Below, piece after piece: positions 9,269 to 18,571 of a DNA stretch of 64,000 nucleotides. The stretch comes from an uncultured virus (IMG/VR IMGVR_UViG_3300009093_000007) (Duplodnaviria > Heunggongvirae > Uroviricota > Caudoviricetes). The position numbers were made by a program, and so were the translations under genes. Positions within the stretch are counted from its first letter, which is position 1, and every line of letters starts with the position of its first letter. The stretch lies in the IMG/VR virus record IMGVR_UViG_3300009093_000007. One strand, written 5' to 3'. The notes under the pieces were generated by a model, which was given only the letters and a program-made list of their open reading frames with translations, was not told the DNA's origin and ran no database searches.

Positions 9269-12200
9269 ATGGACGTCGGCACCGCACAAGGCGCAATCGT
9301 AATAGACGATAAATTTTCGTCCGTCTTCGCCTCATTCCAATCCGGCACATCACAAATATTAAAATCCGTTTCCGATCTAGTTGCCAAGCTAGACGCGCTC
9401 CACACTCCCCAAGAGCGCACGAAAACGGATGCTGAAAAGGCCGAGGAAGCCCAGCGTAAGTCAGCGGTTACGATCAATACCGTAACCGAATCCTACCGTC
9501 GCCTAGTCTCACAGCTAGACCCTGTTGTCGCTGGCACTAAGAAATATGAAGACGCCCACCGCACGTTATCACAAGCAGTCGAACACGGCGTAATCTCACA
9601 CCATCAATACGAATCTGCACTTGACAAAGCTAAAGAGAAGTTCCTCGCGGCCGGTGGCGGTGCATCACAATTTGAGCATTTACTCGGTAAAATCACTGAG
9701 CTAACCAGCGTAGCCGGCCCGGCCGCTAAGGAAGCCGCTGAGAAGATCGGTCTATTAGGCGAAAAAGCCGCCGGTGTTACTGAACTAGTATCGTCGCTAG
9801 GACCGTTGACGCCTATACTATTAGCTGTGGCCGCTGCTGTGGCCGTAATAGGTATCGCCTGGAAAGGATTTGAATTAGCGTCCGATTTCCTCAAAGAGGC
9901 TATTAAAGAGGGCGCCGAATTTGAGCAAACCGTAGCCAAGTTGAATAATACACTTAAAGCTAACGGTTCAGCGTCCGGCCTATCTGCGCATGAGATACTG
10001 GAATTCGCCGAATCGTTATCCGTAGCGACGGCTAGGCCTACAGCGGAAATCACCAAGGGTTTAGCTGTACTCACACAATTCCAAAAAATCGGCCATGACA
10101 CGTTCGAACGTGCGTCGAGGGATATTCTCGACTACGCACAACAGGTAGGCACTGCGCCGGAAGAGGCGTTTCAGAAATTCGGCCGTGCGCTCGAAGGTGG
10201 CCAGCGTGGATTACGTGCGCTTGAGGAAGTCGGCGGCGTATTCCGACAGTCACAAAAAGCTACTCTACGCCAAATGCTCGACAACGGCGACGTTATCGGG
10301 TATCAGACGTTACTACTCAAGATCCTAGAGGAGCACGTCAAAGGTGCCGCTGCTGCCTATGAAAAGACATTCAACGGTCAAGTAGCGCAAGCTAAAAATG
10401 TACTGATTGATCTCAAAGAAAGCATAGCTAACCAAGTCTTACCTGCGTTAGAGGATCTTGTTAATGATCTCGTTGGTTCTGTCGGCGGATGGGAGATGGT
10501 TCGTGCCGGCGTTAAGGATCTCGGAAAAGACATCGGCGAATTTATTCGCTCAGCAATATACCATATAGGTCTATGGTATCACGAATGGGAAGAGTTAACT
10601 TGGCGTGTTAGTGCGAACGTTCAAGCTGCGTTCGGCACTCTTATCGGCGGTAGTCTAGACGGACTGGCTAAGCTGTTTGAATTTTTAGGTCGCATACCTG
10701 GGATATATAGTTCTGTCTTTTCTAGCTTAGCCGTTTCGGCGAAAGGAGTGGCCGATAGCGTCACGGATCACTTCGTTAAAGGGTCTGGCGAAGCGATGCG
10801 GCACGTCGGGGAGGAGACTTTAGCGATAGCTACCCTCACGACGCAGTACAGAATACACCGTACTGTGCTTGATGGCGACACAGAGGTACAGAATAAACAC
10901 GCCTCGTCCGTCGATAGCGTAGCCGGAAAAGTCAAGGATTTAGCTGCCACGTATGATGAGGTTAATAAGGCACTTCAAGCGTATTCCGACAAATTATCAG
11001 ACCAAGAACATAAACTTTCGCTATCCAAGGATTCGACCGAAGCGCTTCTAGCTGCTGCGAAAAAGGGGTTGTACGAATACGCTCTTGAGAAAGATGCTCA
11101 GGACCGCCTAAACGCCGTCACGGCGCAAACGATTACGTTAGACAGGGAGCATCGCACAGAGATAGAAGCGCTAACGGCCGCACACGACAAACTAATCAAA
11201 CTAGGCAAGACCTCGGACGCCGCCTCTGTCAGCGAAATCATCAAACGTCAAAACGACGAATACGTTAAACAACGCGCCCATATTGCCGGGTTAGTCAATG
11301 ATAAAATTACACTGGCCAATCGTGAGAGGATTCAGCTGGCCGTAGATAACGAGGAGAAGTCTCTCCTCGACCAACTAGCTATATCGCGCGCCAAAATTAC
11401 AGACGCTGAAAACGGCAATACCGATGCCACTCGCAAATTAAACGCCGAAATCGCGGCAGAGAAAGACCGTCTAGCCTTATTGCCGCCAGTCATCCGGCTA
11501 TATTTCGAAGGCTTGCGTGATTCGAACGTTGAAGCCATCAAGCTCTTAGACACAACGAAAGGCATAGCCGGTCTACGTCTTCAGGCGCAATTCGATGTCG
11601 CTGTTTCTAATATAGATTCGTCTCTCTCGTCCAATCTACAGCAGATAGAGGCCAAATATCTTGACTTCCTACGTTCTATCGGACGTGGCAGTATCGATGA
11701 AGGCACGCGTCTTCTCCAGGATTACGCTACTGCTCACAAGGTCACACTCGATAAGCTAACCGCCGATATAAAGGCAGCAATCGGTCAAATCGACGACGCC
11801 AGGACCGTAGCAAGATATCGCAATGCTGACAAAACCCCGTTCGATGTATACGTCGAGGAGCGTGCAAATATCGAACGGCTAATGTCCGCTAGCGAAGACG
11901 AGGTGCATCTAACCGTCTCTGCCGGCCAAGCTGCGATATTAAAACTAGAACAAGATCATTGGCACTCCGTTGTCAGTACATGGGCCGGCGCACTGCAAAC
12001 GCTCGGCTCTGTCACGGGCGGATTCATTGCCAAGCTCGCTCAACTCGCCCAGATATTACAGAATTCCCAAAGTGTAAGTAGCGGTGTAAGTAGTGGCGTA
12101 TCTCAACTCGGCGGGTCGTCGGCGCTATCTGGCGGTGCGGGCGCAATTGCCGGTGAAGTCTATCTAGTCTACGCAATCAAGGCATTCTTTGAGGCGCAAT

Positions 12201-15200
12201 GGGAGGAGGAAGCCCAACGGCGATTTGGCGCGGTTGGTGAATTCATCATCTCCAATATGCGCGAGCATATTACTCAGCTTGACGAGAACAGTGCACAGTC
12301 TATCCGCGCTATACGTCAAGTAATTGATAATTTCGCGGAAGCTATAGGCGGGACCGTTACTGATCTAGCTAAAATAGGAATCCAGGTACGCAACGACGGC
12401 AAGGCGTTCGCTGCGTATGTTGAGGATAAATTTCTCGGGTACTTTGCCAGTGCTGACGAGGCTATCAAGGCCGCTGTTACTGCCGCACTACAAGATCCTA
12501 AATCATCAATCCGCGGCCTGTCGGATCTCGTACGGCAAGGACTGGCCGGGTATAATAGCTCACCTGTCTCGACGCTAGACGATTTAGCGAAATTCCTGAC
12601 TAAGCTCCGTGAGATATCTGATCTTGGCAAATTGCCGGATCAGATCCAGGTTAAAGCTACACTCGATCATCTAGCTAGTCTAACAGACGCACTATTACAA
12701 GTACGCGATGTTACTCCCGCTGTCGCACAAGGTTTCCTTGACCTCGCCGCCGCTGGCGCTCAAACCCTGTCAACGTGGCGCGATTCGATTACCGGAACAC
12801 AACGTACGGCATACGAGATCTTCGAACGTAGTAAGCTAGCGTTCAACGCTGAAAGGGATTCACGGGAAGCGGCGCTTAAAGCTCAGTATGAAGAGACCAA
12901 AGCCAGACTCCTAGCGGCAGGTGTAACGGTACAGACGACGCAACAAATAGTGGGAGCATTGGCATCGTTATCGGCTGCAAGCGGAGCTAACTACGGCGGC
13001 GGATCTGGATATAGTGGCGGACCCGGTGGCGGGCTTACAGGATCGAATGGTGGTACTAACCTCGGCGGCGGCGGAGGAACAGGCGGTCCTAACATCGTAC
13101 TTACTGGCGGCACACCTAAGCCGGTGCCCGGCAAGGATGATCTAATTGCCAGCCTCAAAGCACTGCTTGATTCACTTCTACAGGGCCTTGCAGACTTACC
13201 GGCCAAAATCACCGAAGCAGATTTCCGCAATCCTAACGCTTCTAACTTCTACGCTAAACAATTAGATGATGCTGTAGATTCATTCCGCCGAGTAAGCGAT
13301 GCGCTCGCGAAAGCCTCAGAAACATCTGATCAATTCGCGTCTGATTTAGCTTCGGCATTGTCAAACGTCGCACAATCCTTCATAGATACGCGCGATGCAA
13401 TCACAGGCCACACTCGCTCTGCCGTTGAAGAGCTTGAGATTAAAAAGCAACAAGCGGCATTGTTTAACGCTGAATTGCCGCTCGAGATTGCCAATCTTAA
13501 AGCAGAAGTGGCCAAAGACCAAGCATTGCTTGCCACTGCCGGCATAACTAACACTTACGCGGCGACTGTACTAGAGAGTGGGAAAGCCGTAGCTGTACTG
13601 GCGCAGATTACCGCTCAGACTATTGTTCTAACTGGCCAGTTGTCGGAAGCGGAAATCGAGGCAACGCAACGTAAAATAGATGCACTAAATGGTGTTATCC
13701 AAGTATTAGAACAGATTAAGCCGATTGATATATCAGAGATTCACGTCCAAGGTGGCGGTGGTGGATCTGCAAGCGGTAAATCGCCAGCGCAAGAGTTAGC
13801 GGCGTTCTTTGCAGCATTCGACCGTAGTCTACTCCCGCAACTGTCGCAACAAATCTATGACATCAATAAGAAATACGACGATGAAATCAAGCTCCACGCT
13901 AAAGATCACACAGCGATAGATCAGCTTAATAAGGACCGTGAGGCGGAGATAGCACTTGTCCAAAAGGCCGCGCGCGAGGTAGGAGTAAAGAATGCTCAAA
14001 GTTTTATCGATAGCGGACTGCCCGGATTAGTCACACAGATCAACGGTGTACATAACACGTCACAAGGGTTGATCGATTCGTTACGGGCGTTGAATTCTCA
14101 AGGTGCGCTATCGACACAGGAATTGCATAGATTAGTTCCGGCTATCCGAGCGGCTGAGCAGGCACAAGTAGCTGCTATCAAGGGCGGTGTATTACAATCT
14201 ATTGACGATTTCGCTGCCACTATCGCTAATCAGGGTTTGCCAGGGCAGTTAAAGGGGATTAGCGATCAATCCACCAGACTGCGCGACGCGCTCAATGCTC
14301 TGGCTGCTGCCGGGACGTTATCGGCGGATGAATTCTTCAAAGCAGCTGGTAAGATCAGTGACGCCGCTAAGGCACAGGAGCAGACGGCGTACGAATCCGC
14401 TGCCACGTCGTTACTGTCGGAGTTGTACGGATTCCTGCATGACGACACAGCATCGGCTAAGCTTAAATTCGATCTAACCCTGGCTGAATTGCAAATCCGC
14501 GAGGCTGAGCTAGAGAACGCTGTCAAACTCTACGGATTGGTTGGCGATTTCATACCGGAGATAAAAACCGCTATTGATAAGTTCAAAGCGGCCGGACCGG
14601 GAATATTCTCCAACTCCACCGACTTTACGGACCCGGCAACCATTCTCAGGCTAGCCGCTGAGAATCAAGCTAATGCCGGCAACAGTCTACAGTCGGCGGC
14701 ACAGGCACTATCTGCGGCGATTCAAAAGCTGTCCGATTACGGTGATTCACTATTAACCAATTCCACCCTCAGCGCCTTGACTCCGGCCGACCAGCTGGCA
14801 GAGGCGCGGGCGCAGTTGCAAGCGGATTACTCGCTAGCTAAATCCGGCAATCTCGATGCTATCAATGCCTATCAGGGGCTAGCTAATACGTTCTTGGGGT
14901 TGTCGAAAGCTCAGAACGTGTCAAATTCTACGTACGGCGTGGATTTCAAGCTAGTATTAGATGAGATCCAAGCTATTAAATCAGGTACTGGCTTAGTGTC
15001 GCTGCCTACGATATCGGCCGTGGGATCATTCGGTGGTAACGGTGGCGGCAACGGTAGCGGAGGCGGTATAGGTAGTGGCGGTGGTTCCGGTCAAACTTTG
15101 GCCGTAATCAACCTCGATCCGGTTGTATTGTCGATTGGCGCATCATCGAATCGCAACCATGATGATCTGTCAAATATGGCCGCAAAAGTGGGTGTATTGA

Positions 15201-15274
15201 CAGAGGTGGTACGTACACAGCAAGATCAATTGACGCGTGTGGTTAGCGTGTTAGAGCATGGGATGGTTCACTAA
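9269..15274 (+). CDS. tape measure protein
   Basis: 2001-aa Ala/Leu-rich helical protein after the chaperones; hydrophobic segments and internal repeats. Confidence 0.9.
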   Translation: MDVGTAQGAIVIDDKFSSVFASFQSGTSQILKSVSDLVAKLDALHTPQERTKTDAEKAEEAQRKSAVTINTVTESYRRLVSQLDPVVAGTKKYEDAHRTLSQAVEHGVISHHQYESALDKAKEKFLAAGGGASQFEHLLGKITELTSVAGPAAKEAAEKIGLLGEKAAGVTELVSSLGPLTPILLAVAAAVAVIGIAWKGFELASDFLKEAIKEGAEFEQTVAKLNNTLKANGSASGLSAHEILEFAESLSVATARPTAEITKGLAVLTQFQKIGHDTFERASRDILDYAQQVGTAPEEAFQKFGRALEGGQRGLRALEEVGGVFRQSQKATLRQMLDNGDVIGYQTLLLKILEEHVKGAAAAYEKTFNGQVAQAKNVLIDLKESIANQVLPALEDLVNDLVGSVGGWEMVRAGVKDLGKDIGEFIRSAIYHIGLWYHEWEELTWRVSANVQAAFGTLIGGSLDGLAKLFEFLGRIPGIYSSVFSSLAVSAKGVADSVTDHFVKGSGEAMRHVGEETLAIATLTTQYRIHRTVLDGDTEVQNKHASSVDSVAGKVKDLAATYDEVNKALQAYSDKLSDQEHKLSLSKDSTEALLAAAKKGLYEYALEKDAQDRLNAVTAQTITLDREHRTEIEALTAAHDKLIKLGKTSDAASVSEIIKRQNDEYVKQRAHIAGLVNDKITLANRERIQLAVDNEEKSLLDQLAISRAKITDAENGNTDATRKLNAEIAAEKDRLALLPPVIRLYFEGLRDSNVEAIKLLDTTKGIAGLRLQAQFDVAVSNIDSSLSSNLQQIEAKYLDFLRSIGRGSIDEGTRLLQDYATAHKVTLDKLTADIKAAIGQIDDARTVARYRNADKTPFDVYVEERANIERLMSASEDEVHLTVSAGQAAILKLEQDHWHSVVSTWAGALQTLGSVTGGFIAKLAQLAQILQNSQSVSSGVSSGVSQLGGSSALSGGAGAIAGEVYLVYAIKAFFEAQWEEEAQRRFGAVGEFIISNMREHITQLDENSAQSIRAIRQVIDNFAEAIGGTVTDLAKIGIQVRNDGKAFAAYVEDKFLGYFASADEAIKAAVTAALQDPKSSIRGLSDLVRQGLAGYNSSPVSTLDDLAKFLTKLREISDLGKLPDQIQVKATLDHLASLTDALLQVRDVTPAVAQGFLDLAAAGAQTLSTWRDSITGTQRTAYEIFERSKLAFNAERDSREAALKAQYEETKARLLAAGVTVQTTQQIVGALASLSAASGANYGGGSGYSGGPGGGLTGSNGGTNLGGGGGTGGPNIVLTGGTPKPVPGKDDLIASLKALLDSLLQGLADLPAKITEADFRNPNASNFYAKQLDDAVDSFRRVSDALAKASETSDQFASDLASALSNVAQSFIDTRDAITGHTRSAVEELEIKKQQAALFNAELPLEIANLKAEVAKDQALLATAGITNTYAATVLESGKAVAVLAQITAQTIVLTGQLSEAEIEATQRKIDALNGVIQVLEQIKPIDISEIHVQGGGGGSASGKSPAQELAAFFAAFDRSLLPQLSQQIYDINKKYDDEIKLHAKDHTAIDQLNKDREAEIALVQKAAREVGVKNAQSFIDSGLPGLVTQINGVHNTSQGLIDSLRALNSQGALSTQELHRLVPAIRAAEQAQVAAIKGGVLQSIDDFAATIANQGLPGQLKGISDQSTRLRDALNALAAAGTLSADEFFKAAGKISDAAKAQEQTAYESAATSLLSELYGFLHDDTASAKLKFDLTLAELQIREAELENAVKLYGLVGDFIPEIKTAIDKFKAAGPGIFSNSTDFTDPATILRLAAENQANAGNSLQSAAQALSAAIQKLSDYGDSLLTNSTLSALTPADQLAEARAQLQADYSLAKSGNLDAINAYQGLANTFLGLSKAQNVSNSTYGVDFKLVLDEIQAIKSGTGLVSLPTISAVGSFGGNGGGNGSGGGIGSGGGSGQTLAVINLDPVVLSIGASSNRNHDDLSNMAAKVGVLTEVVRTQQDQLTRVVSVLEHGMVH

Positions 15275-15708
15275 TGGTTGCCGACGCACAATATCCCAAC
15301 AATAATACCGATAGCGCCTTGATTGACGAACTAATACGTGACTATGGCGAGGTGTTTACAGTCGCCGGGCTGGCGTATGAGCGTGTAGTGCTTATCGTAA
15401 CCAAGGACGCGGAAAAGGTTAAATCGGCTCTAGATTCACACCTCACATGGTGGCGTAAGTTGGACGAGGCGCGGCAACGAGCGCTTGTGAATATGACTTT
15501 CGGTCTAGGTGTGAATGGGTTACTGTCCTTTAAGAACACCTTAGCGGCTTTGGAGAGCGGTAATTTCGATTCCGCCGCGGATGCCATAGTTGACTCTAAA
15601 TGGTATAAACGGGATGAGACGCACGCTAGTAGGATAGCCAATATTATCCGTTACGGCAATGACGGCGGCGACAGCGTAGTCACACGGGCTCGGACGTCTA
15701 ACCTATGA
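15274..15708 (+). CDS. T4-lysozyme (GH24)-fold protein lacking catalytic residues
   Basis: RQRALVNMTFGLGVNGLLSFKNTLAAL...DSKWY matches the lysozyme C-lobe; N-lobe truncated. Confidence 0.75.
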   Translation: MVADAQYPNNNTDSALIDELIRDYGEVFTVAGLAYERVVLIVTKDAEKVKSALDSHLTWWRKLDEARQRALVNMTFGLGVNGLLSFKNTLAALESGNFDSAADAIVDSKWYKRDETHASRIANIIRYGNDGGDSVVTRARTSNL

Positions 15709-18101
15709 CCCGTCCCGGCCTGACAGCATTCGGCGAATATGCGGTAGGTGATCTACCGGCCGCTAATGACATCTCTACGCCGTCGCTATCGGCCTACCTA
15801 CTCGCCAATCGCGCCGACCGGATTATCCTATTAATCGCTAAGCCGCGTATTCCGGGATCCATGGGCCAGGTGCGTACGATCTATGCGGCGAGTGATGAGT
15901 ATTCGACCAAACCCACAGATACACCAGCCAATCAAATATTTCGCGCTAGACTACTATCCTCGTATAATATCCAATATTCGTTGTGGAGCGGGCTCGGCCA
16001 GCTCCCTATTCCCAAGCAAACGGTCGACGGCAAGACACAACTACCATCCGTTCGCTCTATTCCATCGTTCGGCGTGATATCGTTCGTTGCCGCGGACGGT
16101 GATTACGACAATTTGACTCGGCTATCTTGGAAAGGTTGTGAGATTAATATCTATGTCACGACTAGAGGCACGGCGTTCTCGTCTGCCGTACAAGTATTCA
16201 AGGGTACGTGCGGCGGCGAGACGTGGGACCCATCTAGAATAGATCTCTCTATACGTGATCTACAGCAAAACTTTCAAATCCCATTACAGTCAGAACTCTA
16301 CACGACCGGGGCCATTACCTTATCCGCTCCGTCAACCCCTGCCGCAACCGCTACTATCGCCACACCGGCCGGGTCGAAATCCATAGAGTCCTGGGTTAAG
16401 CCATCATCCGATTCGTCCACCCGTCGTGATCTACTCGGCTGGCAAGGGATAACGGCTGGATGTTTTGGCGTGTATTACAACGCGAACGGGTCTAACTATC
16501 TCACAGCGTTCGCCGTCAACAATACCGGCACGATATTCAAATTCGATGACAATCTAACCGCCCCATCTGGTACGTGGATTCAAATCGCTGTCACTCTCGA
16601 CACCACGGCCGGGTTTCTCTATCTCTATATCAATCGTACGCTACGCGGATCAGTCGCCGTCACCGGAACATTCACGACCGCGGCGACAGCGTTCACACTT
16701 GCCAATGCCGCCATCTCGGAGTTGCGCCTGTGGTCTGTGGCACGCACGCTTGGCGACGTGGCATTGAATATGTATCTGTCCTACCCCTGTGCCGCGGGCG
16801 GAGCATATACCGGTCTATACGCCTACTACACATTCCCGGAGTCTGTAGGCGCCACATCTGCCGATCAAACTGGCGTGCGCGGGGTTATCACTCTAAACGG
16901 CGCGGTGTGGGATACCGGCGACTGGCAACAGTCACAATGCCTAGGTAAGGTGAAACCTGTCGCTATCGGTGAATTAAAATACCCCGCTGAAATACCTCTT
17001 CAGCTAGTCGATCCTAATGCACCTAGCACAATCATATTCCAAGCTCACCATCGGCCGATGCAAGCGTTTCTAGCGGTGCGGCATGCGGGACTAGCGCTAG
17101 TGGCCGGTGTAGATTACACCGTTGATCTCTACCGCGGCTACGTATTCGTCCATGTCAACGTCACTGCGACAATGACAGCGGACGTTCAAGGGGATACGGG
17201 GGTGGGCTCACCGGATGGGTTAGGGTATGTGAATCGCAAAGCTGACATAGCCGTCCGGATAGCGGTATTGTACGGCGGGACGCCCTACCCCACTGGCGTA
17301 GATCTCTCTTCCGTGTCGGATCTCAATATCAAAGATCCGTCGCCGTATGGCATTTTTATCAACTCCTCGCAGACTATCGGCGACGCTATCGATTCACTCA
17401 TGGATGGGTGTTCGTGGACGTTTAATCGTCAAGGTCAGTTTACTCTAGGTCGATTAGACCTCCCTGGTGTATCGACTGAGGATATCAATCAAAATAAAAT
17501 CGTCTATGGCTCACTCTCCCGTCAGCCCACACCGGAACCGAGCAAACGTCAAAGAGTGGGCTATAACCACGTTTGGCAGACACAACCACCGGCGCAACTA
17601 TCCACGTCGCTAACGACAGCGGACAGGGAGCTATTAAGTCGTCCTGATTCATTCGTGGCGCCGGGCGCAAACCTGTCAATCGTCAAGGATTATCCGCTCG
17701 CGTCCGACGTACAAATACTCACCCTGCGATATGATCAGTCCGCGGCTGAGGCGGAGTCTATCCGTCGTCAACTAGTATACGGACAGCCGGCGGATATATA
17801 TAAAATCAGAGTCGTAGAGGGACTATTCAAACACTGGTTATTAGATACCATTACCCTTACATACAAAGAAGAGGTACCGGGCTCGTCGGCAGGTGCCACC
17901 GTCGTACGTTATGACATATCGGGCAGGAAATTCGTCATCATCGGCCTAGTCGAGACCGTAGCGAGCGATCCTAGCCAGCCGGATGTTGTGGAATATACAC
18001 TGTGGGGGCCGCGTGTGTCGGGGCTTATTATCGATACCGTGACGTTGGATAAATTAGTTGTCGACACGGTGACGGGTGATAGGTTGAAGATTGACGGTTA
18101 A
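15705..18101 (+). CDS. tail tip/hub protein with inserted LamG/ConA-like domain
   Basis: SIESWVKP...WIQIAVT...LYIN...ISELRLWSVART LamG pattern; GKVKPVAIGE hub-like motif. Confidence 0.7.
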   Translation: MTRPGLTAFGEYAVGDLPAANDISTPSLSAYLLANRADRIILLIAKPRIPGSMGQVRTIYAASDEYSTKPTDTPANQIFRARLLSSYNIQYSLWSGLGQLPIPKQTVDGKTQLPSVRSIPSFGVISFVAADGDYDNLTRLSWKGCEINIYVTTRGTAFSSAVQVFKGTCGGETWDPSRIDLSIRDLQQNFQIPLQSELYTTGAITLSAPSTPAATATIATPAGSKSIESWVKPSSDSSTRRDLLGWQGITAGCFGVYYNANGSNYLTAFAVNNTGTIFKFDDNLTAPSGTWIQIAVTLDTTAGFLYLYINRTLRGSVAVTGTFTTAATAFTLANAAISELRLWSVARTLGDVALNMYLSYPCAAGGAYTGLYAYYTFPESVGATSADQTGVRGVITLNGAVWDTGDWQQSQCLGKVKPVAIGELKYPAEIPLQLVDPNAPSTIIFQAHHRPMQAFLAVRHAGLALVAGVDYTVDLYRGYVFVHVNVTATMTADVQGDTGVGSPDGLGYVNRKADIAVRIAVLYGGTPYPTGVDLSSVSDLNIKDPSPYGIFINSSQTIGDAIDSLMDGCSWTFNRQGQFTLGRLDLPGVSTEDINQNKIVYGSLSRQPTPEPSKRQRVGYNHVWQTQPPAQLSTSLTTADRELLSRPDSFVAPGANLSIVKDYPLASDVQILTLRYDQSAAEAESIRRQLVYGQPADIYKIRVVEGLFKHWLLDTITLTYKEEVPGSSAGATVVRYDISGRKFVIIGLVETVASDPSQPDVVEYTLWGPRVSGLIIDTVTLDKLVVDTVTGDRLKIDG

Positions 18102-18121
18102 GCGGGAAAGGGGTAGAAGAG

Positions 18122-18159
18122 AAAAAAAGTCCCCCCGGAGCGCGTCCAGGGGGTGGGAC
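18122..18159 (-). terminator. intrinsic terminator-like hairpin oriented for a minus-strand transcript
   Basis: A7 followed by GTCCCCCCGGA...TCCAGGGGGTGGGAC. Confidence 0.5.
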
Positions 18160-18269
18160 AGATGTGAGAGGGTAGGATCACCCTACCACACTTTCCGACT
18201 GGACACAAGGCCCTCGGTACGTGGTAAGATCGCCGCTGTCTGAGAGACCCGAAAGAAGGAGGTGCTCCT

Positions 18270-18467
18270 GTGGCTGCTGACTCTCTCTGTGGCTCCTACC
18301 TGATCACAAGCCGGACTGCCAACCGGTTCGTCGGCACCCTGGAGTGGCGACCGCGGCAGGGCGTCTACCGGCTGCACGACGGCGCCAACGAACTTAGCGA
18401 TTACGGCCCGGGCGCGGTAGCCGCTTCGATCGCTGCCGGTCGGTGGATGCCAATCCAAGCGGGGTAG
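18270..18467 (+). CDS. small moron-like protein (65 aa)
   Basis: AAGGAGGTG RBS; TGG-TAAGAT extended -10 at 18222-18230; GC3-rich codons unlike neighbours. Confidence 0.65.
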   Translation: MAADSLCGSYLITSRTANRFVGTLEWRPRQGVYRLHDGANELSDYGPGAVAASIAAGRWMPIQAG

Positions 18468-18473
18468 ATACCA

Positions 18474-18545
18474 ATGCTGTGGTTTTTAGTCGGGGTGTTT
18501 GCCGTAGCAATCTGTATGATCTGGGCGATGACCAGGGCATACTAA
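18474..18545 (+). CDS. 23-aa hydrophobic peptide MLWFLVGVFAVAICMIWAMTRAY (not in ORF track)
   Basis: ATG 6 nt after the previous stop, G-rich upstream; single-TM composition. Confidence 0.45.
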   Translation: MLWFLVGVFAVAICMIWAMTRAY

Positions 18546-18571
18546 ACCTTTCTATATTAGACGGAGGGTAT

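Noticed and set aside
18443..18571. Extended N-terminus of the tailspike-like ORF
   Set aside because: Overlaps the moron genes; better RBS at GTG 18572
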